Below are positions 52,481 through 64,000 of a stretch of 64,000 nt of DNA, piece by piece. Both the position numbers and the translations under genes were made by a program. The notes beneath the pieces were generated by a model, which saw only the letters and a list, made by a program, of their open reading frames with translations, was not told the origin of the DNA and did not search any database. The stretch covers positions 26,226,001 to 26,290,000 of the forward strand of contig OX597838.1 of assembly GCA_951406725.2 (NCBI GenBank), read 5' to 3'. Origin of the DNA: Octopus vulgaris. Its lineage: Eukaryota. Each line of letters begins with the position of its first letter. Within the stretch, counting starts at the first letter, position 1.

Positions 52481-52584
52481 AAAGAGGGTTCGATAAATAA
52501 AACAGCAATGAAATATTATGGATCAATATAATCGATTGACCCCTTTCCCTCAAAACTACTCGCCTTATGCCTTCGTCAGAAACG

Positions 52585-52950
52585 GACTGTGTGGTGGTGA
52601 TGTTTGTTTCCTAACCACATGGTTCCAGGTTCTGTCCCACTGCGTGGAACCATGGGCAAGTATCTTCTGCTATAATCTCGGGCCTTGTAAGTGGATTAGA
52701 AGACGGAAACTGAAAGAAGCCTGTCTGTGTGTTTGAGTCTATGTTTGTCTCCCACCACCACGTCACAACCGGTGCTGGTGTGTTTACGTCCCTGTAGCAT
52801 AGCGGTTTGGCAAAAAGAGACTGATAGAATGAGTACCAGGCTTAACCAAAAAACAAGTACTGGGGTCGATTCACCCGACTCAAATTCCTTGAAAGCGGTG
52901 CCTCGGTATGGCCGTAGTCTAATGACTGAAACATGTAAAAGATAAAAGAT
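52585..52950 (+). mobile_element. SINE A, old diverged copy
   Basis: AACCACATGGTTCC...ATGACTGAAACATGTAAAAG. Confidence 0.82.
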
Positions 52951-53193
52951 GGGTTATAGCACTTCAGTATGAACAATTCGCGAAGATGGTCACAGCAACA
53001 ACAACACCAACAAAACGTATTTTAAAGTGTTCGTGGCTTATTATGACTGTAATCATAATTAAAATGGCGCCAATTTTAGGGATAGAAAGACTTAAAGTAC
53101 GTTGGTGGTTTGTATCTTAGACAAAACAAACAAGGAACGTACGCTTAATGCGTATGTGTGTGTTGTGTGTTTGTGTGTGTGTGTTTGTATGTT

Positions 53194-53255
<62 letters not shown>

Positions 53256-53334
53256 TAGTCTAACATATGAGATACGTAATTAAATAAAACATTGCAGAAT
53301 AATTTACACATGTTCTATAAGAATGGCAGCTACA

Positions 53335-54052
53335 ACGGTGGTGGTGTTGGTGGTGGTGGCATTGATGATGGTGGTGGTGGTGGTGGCGACGGCATTGGTG
53401 GTGGTGGTATTCATGATAATGGTGATAATGATGATGATGAAAAAGGAGTTGGAAGAATTTGATGATGATAATGAAGGTGAGAACAATGATAGTGACGACG
53501 ATGATGATGAGGAGGAGGAGGGTGGTGATGGTGGTGGTGGTTCGGTGGTGGTGGTAGTGATGGTGTTAGTGGTGGTGGTAGTGGTAGTAGTGATGGTGGT
53601 GGTGGTGTTCTCGATGGTATTTATAGATAAGGATGATGGTGATGATGATAGCGGTGATGATATTGGTGGTCCTACTGGTGATTCTACTGATTCTGACGAC
53701 GACGACTATGATGGTGGTGGTGAAGAAGAAGAAGAATCAATTGCTTTATAATATTCAAATCATCATCATCAACATCATCATCGCCTTGATCATGCTCATT
53801 ATCATCGATATATATCTCCCCTTCTCCTCGTCCTCCCCCTCTTCCTCCTCATCATCATCATCGCATCTTAATCCATGTTACTATCACCATGATCTTGCTG
53901 CCTGACCTTCTCCTCCCACATCATCACCATCCTCCCTTCCTTATCATCATCATTATCATCACCATCACCATCATCATCATCACAACACTACACCACTATC
54001 ATGATCATCATCACCATCATCCCCGCCACCACCAGCATCTTCACAAATAACC

Positions 54053-54086
<34 letters not shown>

Positions 54087-54560
54087 TCTCCACCATCACC
54101 ATCTTCCTCATTTGCTTCTTCTTTTTTTTCCCTCGTTTTCCTCTTCTCGTTATCCTCATCATTTGTATGTCCGTACTCTTCCTCTTTCCGTCCGTTCTTC
54201 TCGAATATATCATCATCATCATCATCACCATCATCATCATTATCATCACCATCATCGCCGCCAAGATCTTCTTTATCATCATCATCACCATCATCATCAC
54301 CGCCAAGATCTTCATCATCATCCTCATCACCATCACCATCATCATCATCATCATTATCATCACCATCATCGCCGCCAAGATCTTCTTTATCATCATCATC
54401 ATCATCATCACCATCACCATCATCATCACCGCCAAGATCTTCTTCATCATCATCATCATCACCATCACCATCATCATCGCCATCACCATCATCATCACCG
54501 CCAAGATCTTCATCATCATCATCTTCAGCAGCAGCACTGGCAGCATCACCTCGATTATCA
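53335..54560. repeat. (GGT)n/(GAT)n then (CAT)n/(CAC)n repeats with a higher-order CGCCAAGATCTTC spacer
   Basis: CGCCAAGATCTTC recurs five times between 54259 and 54511, separated by CAT/CAC runs. Confidence 0.9.
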
Positions 54561-54847
54561 TTATCATGTGTATGTGTGACCTCTGTATGAAATATCCGAC
54601 ATATTATTCAACTGCTGCGTCTAAAATTAAGCCAGGAAAACAGCCGACACCCAACGAGCTACATCAAACATACAGTGTACCCTGCGGCCTGTAGCCCACA
54701 CCTCGATTGCAACAAATTAGGCGTGGAGGTAATAATGCGAGCAGCTATGTTATGGGCAATATGTATATAAAAGATGGCGCCGTCTCCAAAAATACGTCAG
54801 ATGTGATAGCGATCCGAGCAGACAGCGGGAAACATAAAGGCACATAC

Positions 54848-54890
<43 letters not shown>

Positions 54891-55724
54891 TATACGCATG
54901 CATATATATGTATGCGCATATACCGATATCCATATACAAATGTACCTATACATAGGTATGTGTGCATACATACATGCATACATACATACGTACATACATA
55001 CTGGTGTACATACATACATACATACATACATACATACATACGTACATACTTGCGTACATACATACATACATAGATACATATATACATACATACATACATA
55101 CATGCATACATACATACATACATACATACATAAATACATACATACATACATACATACATACATACATACATACATACGTACATATATATGCATACATACA
55201 TACATACATACATACGTACATATATATGCATGCATACATACATAAATACATACATACATACATACGTACATACATACCTGCGTACATACATACATGCATA
55301 CATATACATACATAAATGCGTACATAAATATGTACACATATATATATATACAATGTTTAGAAAGAAGATACCTCAATATGCTTCCATATCATAACTGCGT
55401 GGCAGGAGTATACGTAAACGGTGGTGGTGATGGCGGTGATGGCGGCGGCGGTGGCGGTTGCGGGGATGGTTATGATGATCATTATGATGGCACAGGTAAA
55501 ATCGACGACGATGACGACGTCGATGATGATGATGATGATCATGATCATGATGAGGATGATGATGACGTCGACGTTGAGGATGAGGATGTTGATGATGGTG
55601 TTGATGATGATGATTTAAGTTAATGCTGGTGATAATGATCTCCGCAATATGAGTAGGACACGTAGATAAGCGATGTGAATTTGTTAAGAGCAGAACAATA
55701 ATAATAATAATAATAATAATAATA

Positions 55725-56112
55725 AAGAAAGTGCCTTCTAATCGATGTATCCAATCCCAGCTGGTTACAATGTATCTCTAAAAGAAATGGAGAAACTCTC
55801 AAGATGCAAAGATCTTGAAACCGAGATAACCCGAATGTGGAGCTTAAAAACAGAAACAGCCCCTATAATGATAGGTGCATCAGGTATGATAAAAAAAAGC
55901 ATTCAGACAAATACATAACCAAAATCCCCAAGATTTACGAATGCATATAGCATACAGAAAATAGCACTACTAGACACCGCACACCTCTTATATAAAGCAC
56001 TTTCAATACAGTGAAAATAAGAACACAAAAACAAACCACATCACATACCCAAGGCACACAGAGCTGCGCTCGGTAGTGCAGTGAAAGCATGTTATAAAAA
56101 TAAGACTACTGA
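55725..56112 (+). mobile_element. R4/Dong-clade LINE 3' end (another subfamily) in (TAA)n
   Basis: KCLLIDVS...NVSLKEMEKLSRCKDLETEITRMWSLKTETAPIMIGASGMI plus a distinct 3' UTR, with TAA runs on both sides. Confidence 0.85.
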
Positions 56113-56124
56113 ATGATGATGATG

Positions 56125-56176
<52 letters not shown>

Positions 56177-56177
56177 T

Positions 56178-56521
56178 AATAGGTGCCTTAAGAATGATAG
56201 CAAAAGGGGCTGATTGCTACCTATCTTAGATTCCAGGAAACCCCAAAATGGCAGAAATTGAAAAGATAGTGCTCATGGGAGCTGCCCATATCCTACGTAA
56301 ATTACTGTCTATGTAATCTCAAATTTCAAAACAAATACATAATTTTGTTATGGTTTCTTAAAACATTCTCTAGAACAACACTATGTACAAAACCAAATAT
56401 ATGGCACCCTAGGTATAACACCAACATGAACTTCTAACTTATTGCCTCTTGAGGTCTCTGGGTGAGACTTGGAGCCGACTTGTACAAACGCAAAGCAAAA
56501 GTCAAAAATAATAATAATAAT
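56178..56521 (+). mobile_element. R4/Dong-clade LINE 3' end, same subfamily as 33112
   Basis: Colinear with 33193-33531; (TAA)n on both sides. Confidence 0.9.
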
Positions 56522-56524
56522 ATT

Positions 56525-57960
56525 TGTCAAGTTGTTTAGATTCCTCATGACACATTTTATACCAATCAGATCGATCTAAGCAGTGACTTTCCCAAGATGT
56601 CAAATTAAGCTATGCGGAATTTAGTGATTGTTTTAACTTATCCATACACCGAAGAATGGCTCTTCCTTTACCGCGGTATCCCTCTATTTGTAGGCCATAC
56701 AAAAGAACTTTTGGAATGCGATCATCTTGCATTCGGACAGCATCTATCCATCTTCACTGAAGCTTCAACAGCATCCTTTCGATACTGGACATATCGCACT
56801 TTTCTAAAATTTTAGCATTTGATATCTTATCTTGCCATATTATGATGTTGCAGAGGTTGTGTAAATTGCACATGTGAAAGGTTTCAAATTTCTTTATATG
56901 TCTCTAGTTAGGAGTCTATGAATCTGCTCAGCTCAAAAGCGTACTCAAATTGAAAGATTTGTTTCCACTTATTTTAGTTTTCAGACTGACACCATTTTCA
57001 TCTCGGAAACGATGGGTATGTTTCCCAAAAGATGATTTGATGCTGTCACGGAGATTACACCACAAGACTTCTGGATCATTGCTTTCCTCTATATTCTCAA
57101 GCTTTTAATTTAGATGTATTTCAAATTTTTTTGTCATCTCAGGATTTTTTTTTTTTTGTTTAAAGAAGACATTTATTCCTTGGGGTTTGGTGGATCTCAA
57201 TAGCTTTGTATATAGTTTAACAAACACCTAACTACGAACCGTTCTATGATCCGAGTAACACTCAGGAATTTTGTGAGCTCTGGTTAATCCGACATCACTG
57301 CAATCTTTGCTTTCAGTTATGACTTAATCAAGCATGTTCCAGGTACCAGATCGAGGATGCTTCCAGGTGTTTTTTTTAATAATTATCTGCCTGCTGAAAT
57401 ATTGTGTTAGTAATTGTTAAACCAAATTGCTGATCAAAAAAACAACAATCGTAAACCTCTTGCATTCATCTTCCACGTTCCATGTTTTCCTATTACTTTT
57501 GACCCCACCGTGTGTTTATTACCGATTCTGGCATTAAGATGATGCATTAATATGACCCTGTCACGATATGGAATGTTACTGATACCAGTTTGCAATTAAG
57601 AGTAGAAATGTTATGTTCTTGTTCAGATGCTGATAAGGTAGGTGCATATGCACTGATAATGTGCATAACTGAGGAATTACTTATAGGTATACGAAAGGTC
57701 ATCAGATGCTCATCAACAGCTTGGTGGATGGATGGTAACTGCCGAATTAAAGTCAATTTAATGGCAAATCCAACACCCATGAGTTCTTGTCGCGCTTGCC
57801 GGCTTTCTGCTTCGAAGATTGTACGACCATTCCCAACTTGTAATTCACCTGTATCCACAAGCCTGGTTTTACTTAGAGCAGGAATATCTGAGCTCATTAT
57901 TTTTGCAATTAGTGCAGTTTTTGTTCTAGACAGTCTTTGTTGTCTTGTAAAATTCTTGCA
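56525..57960 (-). mobile_element. RTE-clade LINE remnant: APE endonuclease plus C-terminus, RT core absent
   Basis: TALIAK..DIPALSKTRL..GVGFAIK..IISAYAPT..LNARIG..TWKHPRSG..YSDHR, then SSFGK..WQDKISN..RMQDDRIPKVLLYG..DRSDW; many stops. Confidence 0.88.
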
Positions 57961-58154
57961 TACCAACAAAGATTAACATGTTTTTTTCTTTTTTCTTTTT
58001 TTCTTTATCTTTATCTCGACTGCAATAAACTAAGATGGCTAGACATCTGCAGTTACTGCCAAACTCATGGAAGACAACGCTTTTGTGTTTTAGGGTTCCT
58101 TTTCTCCCCCGCCCTAATATCTAAAGAGCAGTGTTACACCTAGACAGAACTACT

Positions 58155-58384
58155 TATTTCTTTATTGCCCACAAGGGGCTAAACATAGTGGAGACAAACA
58201 AGGACAGACAAAGGGATTAAGTCGATTACATCGACCCCAGTGCATAACTGGTACTTAATTTATCGACCCCGAAAGGATGAAAGGCAAAGTCGACCTCGGC
58301 GGAATCTGAACTCAGAACGTAACGGCAGGCGAAATACGGCTACGCATTTCGCCAGGCGTGCTAACGTTTCTGTCAGTTCGCCTC
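58155..58384 (-). mobile_element. SINE B monomer with 12-bp TSD
   Basis: GACAGAACTACT at 58143-58154 and 58385-58396. Confidence 0.93.
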
Positions 58385-58830
58385 GACAGAACTACTCGCT
58401 ATACAAAGGAGGACACGAGTCTTATAGGTGCCTTCGGATTCTACAAAGAGACGGCCGCCACCCTCTGTGCCGTTTATGTGTGAGACTTTGGCTAGAACTT
58501 TCTAGCAACACCCTATGTCAGTCCCCGTCACCATAGGGCTTTCAACCCACCTTCAAACTACCTCCACAATGAAACGGACTGTGTGGTGGTGGTTTGTTTC
58601 CCAACCACATTTTATCAACCCTAGAGGAGTGAAAGACAAACTTGACCTCTGTGAAATTTGGACTCAGAACGTGAAGAACCGTAAGAAATGCTACCAAGTA
58701 TCTTTTACGAAGTTCTCACAGACTCTGCTTGTACATCGCCTTAACAACAATATGTATGTGTATGTGTATGTATGTATGTATGTATGTATGTATGTATGTA
58801 TGTATGTATGTATGTATGTATGTATGTATG

Positions 58831-58884
<54 letters not shown>

Positions 58885-58901
58885 TACGTATATATGTATA
58901 T

Positions 58902-59310
58902 GCGCAGGAGTGGCTGTGTGGTAAGTAGCTTACTCACCAACCACATGGTTCCGGGTTCAGTCCCACTGCGTGGCATCTTGGGCAAGTGTCTTCTACTATA
59001 GCCTCGGGCCGACCAAAGCCTTGTGATTGGATTTGGTAGACGGAAACTGAAAGAAGCCCGTCGTATATATGTATATATATGTGTGTATGTATATGTGTGT
59101 GTATGTTTGTGTGTCTGTGTTTGTCCGACCAACACCGCTTGACAACCGATGCTGGTGTGTTTACGTCCCCGTAACTTAGCGGTTCGGTAAAAGTGACCAA
59201 TAGAATAAGTACTAGGCTTGCAAAGAATAAGTCCTGGGGTCGATTTAATCGACTAAAGGCGGTGCTCCAGCATGGCCGCAGTCAAATGACTGAAACAAGT
59301 AAAAGAGAGA
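58902..59310 (+). mobile_element. SINE A, full-length
   Basis: Complete head, body and tail. Confidence 0.93.
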
Positions 59311-59473
59311 GTTTATGTATGTATATACAACGACCTCGAATACACAAGTGCAAACAAGGGAGTCAGAGAAAGGCAGAATGCCACCTATATCTGAACACTA
59401 CTATGGAAGTATTCCTTTAAAAAAACCTTTCTTCTAATTTTTCTAAATTTTTCTAAATTTAATTATTTAATCG

Positions 59474-59517
59474 TTACAGTTGAAAAGGTCTCAAAATGAC
59501 CGAAACCGGTACTGAAA
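59474..59517 (+). ncRNA. Minimal type-I hammerhead motif, U3-A8 variant
   Basis: CAG-UUGAAAA-GGUC ucaaaau GACC-GAAA-CCGG-UA-CUG; homolog of 5802-5843 with compensatory helix II. Confidence 0.72.
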
Positions 59518-59562
59518 GATTCACTATAAAATCATCTTAGCATTTTCTATTTTTGACTTGTT

Positions 59563-59679
<117 letters not shown>

Positions 59680-59999
59680 CACACATAAGTATGCATAACA
59701 CATAAAAACACACACACACTGAAATGTTGGTGTATCCTCTTAAAATTCAAGTGGAAAATATCAATTGTCAGAAGCAAGTGAAATGAAAAAATAAAACGTT
59801 GAACCTGATTTGATGCCTTGCGATAAATAAGTAAATAAATAAATAGATAAATAAATAAATGAAAATTTATAAAATTGAAGGCGCCATTTTGTTGATGGTT
59901 TTCAAGAATTAAAAAAATGAATTTAAATTAGTTTTACAAAACGCAAACTTTTCAAATCTGGTAAAGATTAGAATAGAGATGTCGGGGTGGGGGAGTGAG

Positions 60000-60732
60000 A
60001 GGAAGGGAGGAAGAAAGAAAAGAAAGAAGGTATGAAGGAAGAAGGACTGAAAGGAAGAAATTCATATAGAAAGGAAAATGGAGGGGAGGGAGGAAGGAAG
60101 GAAAACTGAAAGAAAGAAAGAGAGAATGAATGAAAGAAAGGGAGGAAGGAAGGAAAAAGAAAAAAAGGAAGCAAAATTGAAAGGAAGGAACGAACGAAGA
60201 CTGAAAGAAATTTTTAAAGAAAGGAAAGGAAGAAAGAAAACTGAAAGAAAGAAAGTAAAGAAAAGGAAGGAACGAACAAACGGAGTCTGAAAGAAATTTT
60301 TAAAGAAAGGAAAGGAAGAAAGAAAAAAGGAAAGAAAACTGAAAGAAAGAAAGAGAGAAAGAAAGAAGATAGGAAGGAAAACTGAAAGAAAGAAGAAAGA
60401 AAGAAAGAAGTATATGAAGGAAAACTGAAAGAAAGAAAGAGAGAAAGAAAGAAAATAGGAAGGAAAACTGAAAGAAAGAAGAAAGAAAGAAAGAAGTATA
60501 TGAAGGAAAACTGAAAGAAAGAAAGAAGTATATGAAGAATGAAAGGAAGATTTGCTATCATTGATAGGGTTAGGTTCTGGGTGGGAGACGGGGTGCCAAG
60601 GGTGAGGAGGAGCTTGTCATGATTGGAATCACAACTAGAGATCTGAAATGTCGGTGGGTGGACGGAGACTTCGTTTGCGCTAACAACTTGTATCACTGAT
60701 CTATGCTTAATTCATGCACTGAATGGCGAGGA

Positions 60733-60767
<35 letters not shown>

Positions 60768-60964
60768 CGATGATGATAATAATAATAATAGCAATGACGA
60801 TGATGATGATGATGATGATGATGATAATAATAATAATGATTATGATGACGATGATGTTAATAATAATAACGATGATGATGATGATGATAATAATAATTAT
60901 AATAATAACGATGATCATGATGATGATAATAATAATTATAATAATAACGATGATCATGATGATG

Positions 60965-61001
<37 letters not shown>

Positions 61002-61128
61002 TGATGATGATGATGACGACGATGATGTTAATAATAATAACGATAATGACGATGATAATAATAATGACGATGATGATGATAATAATTATAATAATAACGA
61101 TGATCATGATGATGATAATAATAATAAC

Positions 61129-61168
<40 letters not shown>

Positions 61169-61299
61169 GTTTCAACTGGTACTTATTTTACGACCTCGAA
61201 AGGATGACCTCAGCGGAATTTGTACTCGGAACATGAAGACTGATGAAATGTCGCTAAGCATTTTCTCCGGCGTCGTAGTGATACTGCCAGTTCGCCGCC

Positions 61300-61364
<65 letters not shown>

Positions 61365-61461
61365 AAGAAGAAGAAGAAGAAGAAGAAGGAGGAGGAGGAG
61401 GAGGAGAAGAAGGAGGAGGAGGAGGAGGAGGAGGAGAAGAAGAAGAAGAAGAAGAAGGAGT

Positions 61462-61492
<31 letters not shown>

Positions 61493-61510
61493 GAAGAAGA
61501 AGACGACGAT
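60000..61510. repeat. Purine-rich (GAAA/GGAA) tract, (GAT/AAT) tract with a 39-bp higher-order unit, SINE B fragment (61165-61301, -) and (GAA/GGA) tract
   Basis: Directly visible. Confidence 0.88.
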
Positions 61511-61637
61511 GACTGAATGGTGACTAGGAGGAGAAGGTGGAGGGGTATTTCTTTTATTTACGATCAAGGCAACGGATGAGAGGACACAATACAATGATGG
61601 GGGATAAGTGTTGCGATTTGCATGTTTATATTGTACC

Positions 61638-61825
61638 CTGGCACTCCGCCGATTACGACGAGGCGTGTTCCACTTGGTCCGATCAACGGAATAGCCCGCT
61701 TCGTGAAATTAACTGAGCAAGTGGCTGGGTACTCCACAGAGACACGTGTACCTTTAACATAGTTCTCGGGGAGATTCAGTGTGACACAGAGTGTGACAAA
61801 GGCTCGCCCTTTCAATTACAGGTAC
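61638..61825 (-). mobile_element. SINE D 3' half
   Basis: Matches 18546-18727. Confidence 0.85.
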
Positions 61826-62210
61826 TCTCTCTTCTACTTGTTTCAGTCATTTGACTGCGGCCATGCTGCAGCACCGCCTTTAATCGAGCAACTCGACCCC
61901 GGGACTTATTCTTTTGTAAGCCCAGTACTTATTCTATCGGTCTCTTTTGCCGAACCGCTAAGTAACGGGGACATAAACACACCAGCATCGGTTGTCAAGC
62001 AATGCTAGGGGGACAAGCACAGACACACACACACTCATATATATATACGACGGGTTTCTTTCAGTTTCCGTCTACCAAATCCACTCACAGGGCTTTGGTC
62101 GGCCCGAGGCTATAGTAGAAGACATTTGCCCAAGGTGCCACACAGTGGGACTGAACCCGGAACCATGTGGCTGGTAAACAAGCTACTTACCACACAGCCA
62201 CTCCTGCGTG
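61826..62210 (-). mobile_element. SINE A, full-length
   Basis: Reverse complement of family A. Confidence 0.93.
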
Positions 62211-62230
62211 GACTTATATATATATATATA

Positions 62231-62445
62231 AGGGGGTGCCGAAGAGTTCCTGGCTTTGGGTAAAAAAAACACAGGAGGATCAGTTAATTATGATTTTATT
62301 CAACATATTCCCCTCTCAGATTCACTAACTTATAGCAGCGGTCCTTCAGTTTTTCTAAACCCAAATAAAAGAACTCGGAAAGTTGGGCCTTCAACAAGGC
62401 CTTTCGTAATACCCTTAAGGCCAATAACTTTTCAGTAATCCCTCG
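62231..62445. mobile_element. mariner-type MITE
   Basis: Imperfect TIRs GGGGGTGCCGAAGAGTTCCTGGCTTT / GGCCAATAACTTTTCAGTAATCCCTCG|TA; a solo TIR piece lies at 13444-13472. Confidence 0.7.
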
Positions 62446-63243
62446 TATCTGTGTACCAAATTTTACTAATAGGTCTTATCCCAACCGACAATACACTACG
62501 GTAACACTGCCAGACCAAAGATTTCTGGGAATTATCCATGCGTCATGTAGCGCTGAGGTTTAAGACAGACACTTGAGCCAAGATGCCTCGCCGTCGGATC
62601 GAACTCGAAAGCACGTAGTAGCAACACGGCCCTCTTAACCACTCAGCCATCCACACCTGCACCCTTAAACTAAAGAACAAAAAAAAGAAGGGCTGATTTA
62701 TAAAGTGAGAACGTGTCAAAAGACTTAATGAAATGAAACAAGGCGTTTTGTTCAACATGCCACCCGCTTCTGCCAATCATACATACACACACGCGCGCGC
62801 TCGTGCGCATACACACACACACATACACACATTCACGTGTGTACCCTCGCACACACACACACACACAACATGAAAATAGCTTGTTGATAAATTGGATCTG
62901 AAAAAATGTTGTAACGAGGTTAATATTGCAGAATAATTATCGTTATAAATCTGACATCACATTTCCAAAGTTACACCCGCCTCCGCTTTTGTTTATTTCT
63001 GTGGTTTTTGGTAAGTTTCTGTGAGGGGCGGGGAGCGGGGGAGGGGCTGGGGGCTGGAGGTAAAGCAGTTGGGAAGTGTGGATTGAAAAGAAGGCTGCAT
63101 TTTTGTTTCAAGTTTTTATTTTTTTTTCAGTTTAATGATGAGAAAAGGTTTACAAAGATCTTGATGAAAAAGAGAAGAAAAATAGAACGAAGAAGCAAGA
63201 CAAGATATATTGCATCAGCATATTAAAAAGCATGTTTGAGGTA

Positions 63244-63490
63244 ATGGCGGGCAGTGGTGGTGATGGTGAGGGCTAAAGTGGTTGTGAGAGTTAAGGTGGT
63301 GGTGGCGGTGAGGGCTAAGGTGGTGGTGGTGGTGCTGGTGCTGAGGATTAAGGTGGTGATGAGTGCTAAGGTGGTGGTGGTGGTGAGGGCTAAGGTGGTT
63401 GTGGGGGCCAAGATAGTGTTGGTAGTGGTAGTGGAGATGGTGGTGGTGATTGTGGAGATTGTGGTGGTAGTAGTGGTGGTGGAGGTATGA
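63244..63490. repeat. GGT-based minisatellite (unit about GTGGTGGTGGTGAGGGCTAAG)
   Basis: GCTAAG/GTTAAG/ATTAAG spacers recur about every 24-35 bp. Confidence 0.8.
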
Positions 63491-64000
63491 GTGTGGGAGA
63501 GTTTCATCTCTTTGAATCATTACAGCATCATAGCGTTTCTAATTTTCATCTCCCCGTCTCCTCTCTCTCTCTCTCTTCCCCCTCTCTCTCTCTCTCTTCC
63601 CCCTCTCTCCTCTCTGTTTAGAGAGGATATTTGTGTGGATATGTACGTGAGTGTGAATATGTATATGTGTATGCGGAAGGGTACGTCACAGGCTGGAACA
63701 CATACTTACACATATATTTATTAGGAATCAGATGACATTTCACTCTGTTTAATAATCAGAGTTTCACGCATGGGCGATCCTTTATGACAGAACACATGAA
63801 TTGACAGAGCACCAGTGACTTTCATTCGTGAAAGTTATTTAAGTGATTGAATGTGTAACAGAGCATGACTGGTAACAATATTGCTAACTGGATTACTGTA
63901 GTGTAAGGGAAAGTACTCGGGTTAGAGGTGCAATCGTCCTGCGGCTATTATTTGGCGCATTTGCCGCACCAGATAAATGTGGGTTTTCATACGTAGGGTG

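Noticed and set aside
53980-54694. His-rich or Met/Ile-rich repeat protein
   Set aside because: Higher-order trinucleotide repeat open in several frames on both strands; no splice or codon evidence.

Overview
AT-rich eukaryotic intergenic or intronic DNA, dense in microsatellites (TA, CA, GATA, TACA, TAA, CAT) and transposable-element debris. The repeat families and microsatellite load suggest a cephalopod (Octopus-like) genome; this is my inference and was not checked against a database. I find no supportable host protein-coding gene: almost all listed ORFs are translations of simple repeats, and the only recognisable protein sequences are broken transposon fragments (R4/Dong-clade restriction-like endonuclease, RTE, CR1/L2-type, Tc1). 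Four tRNA-derived SINE families (my labels A-D), non-autonomous Helitrons, Tc1/mariner, hAT and pogo-like MITEs, and several foldback structures are present. The strongest hidden signal is RNA-level. Two type-I hammerhead ribozyme motifs lie 347 nt apart in a direct repeat at 42204-42741 (minus strand, retrozyme architecture). Three dispersed minimal hammerheads carry a U3-A8 core swap, and further Penelope-type motifs occur elsewhere. Second, SINE-B occurs as head-to-tail concatemers (an 8-mer and a mixed-subfamily trimer), each bounded by a single target-site duplication (TSD). All coordinates and alignments were read by eye.
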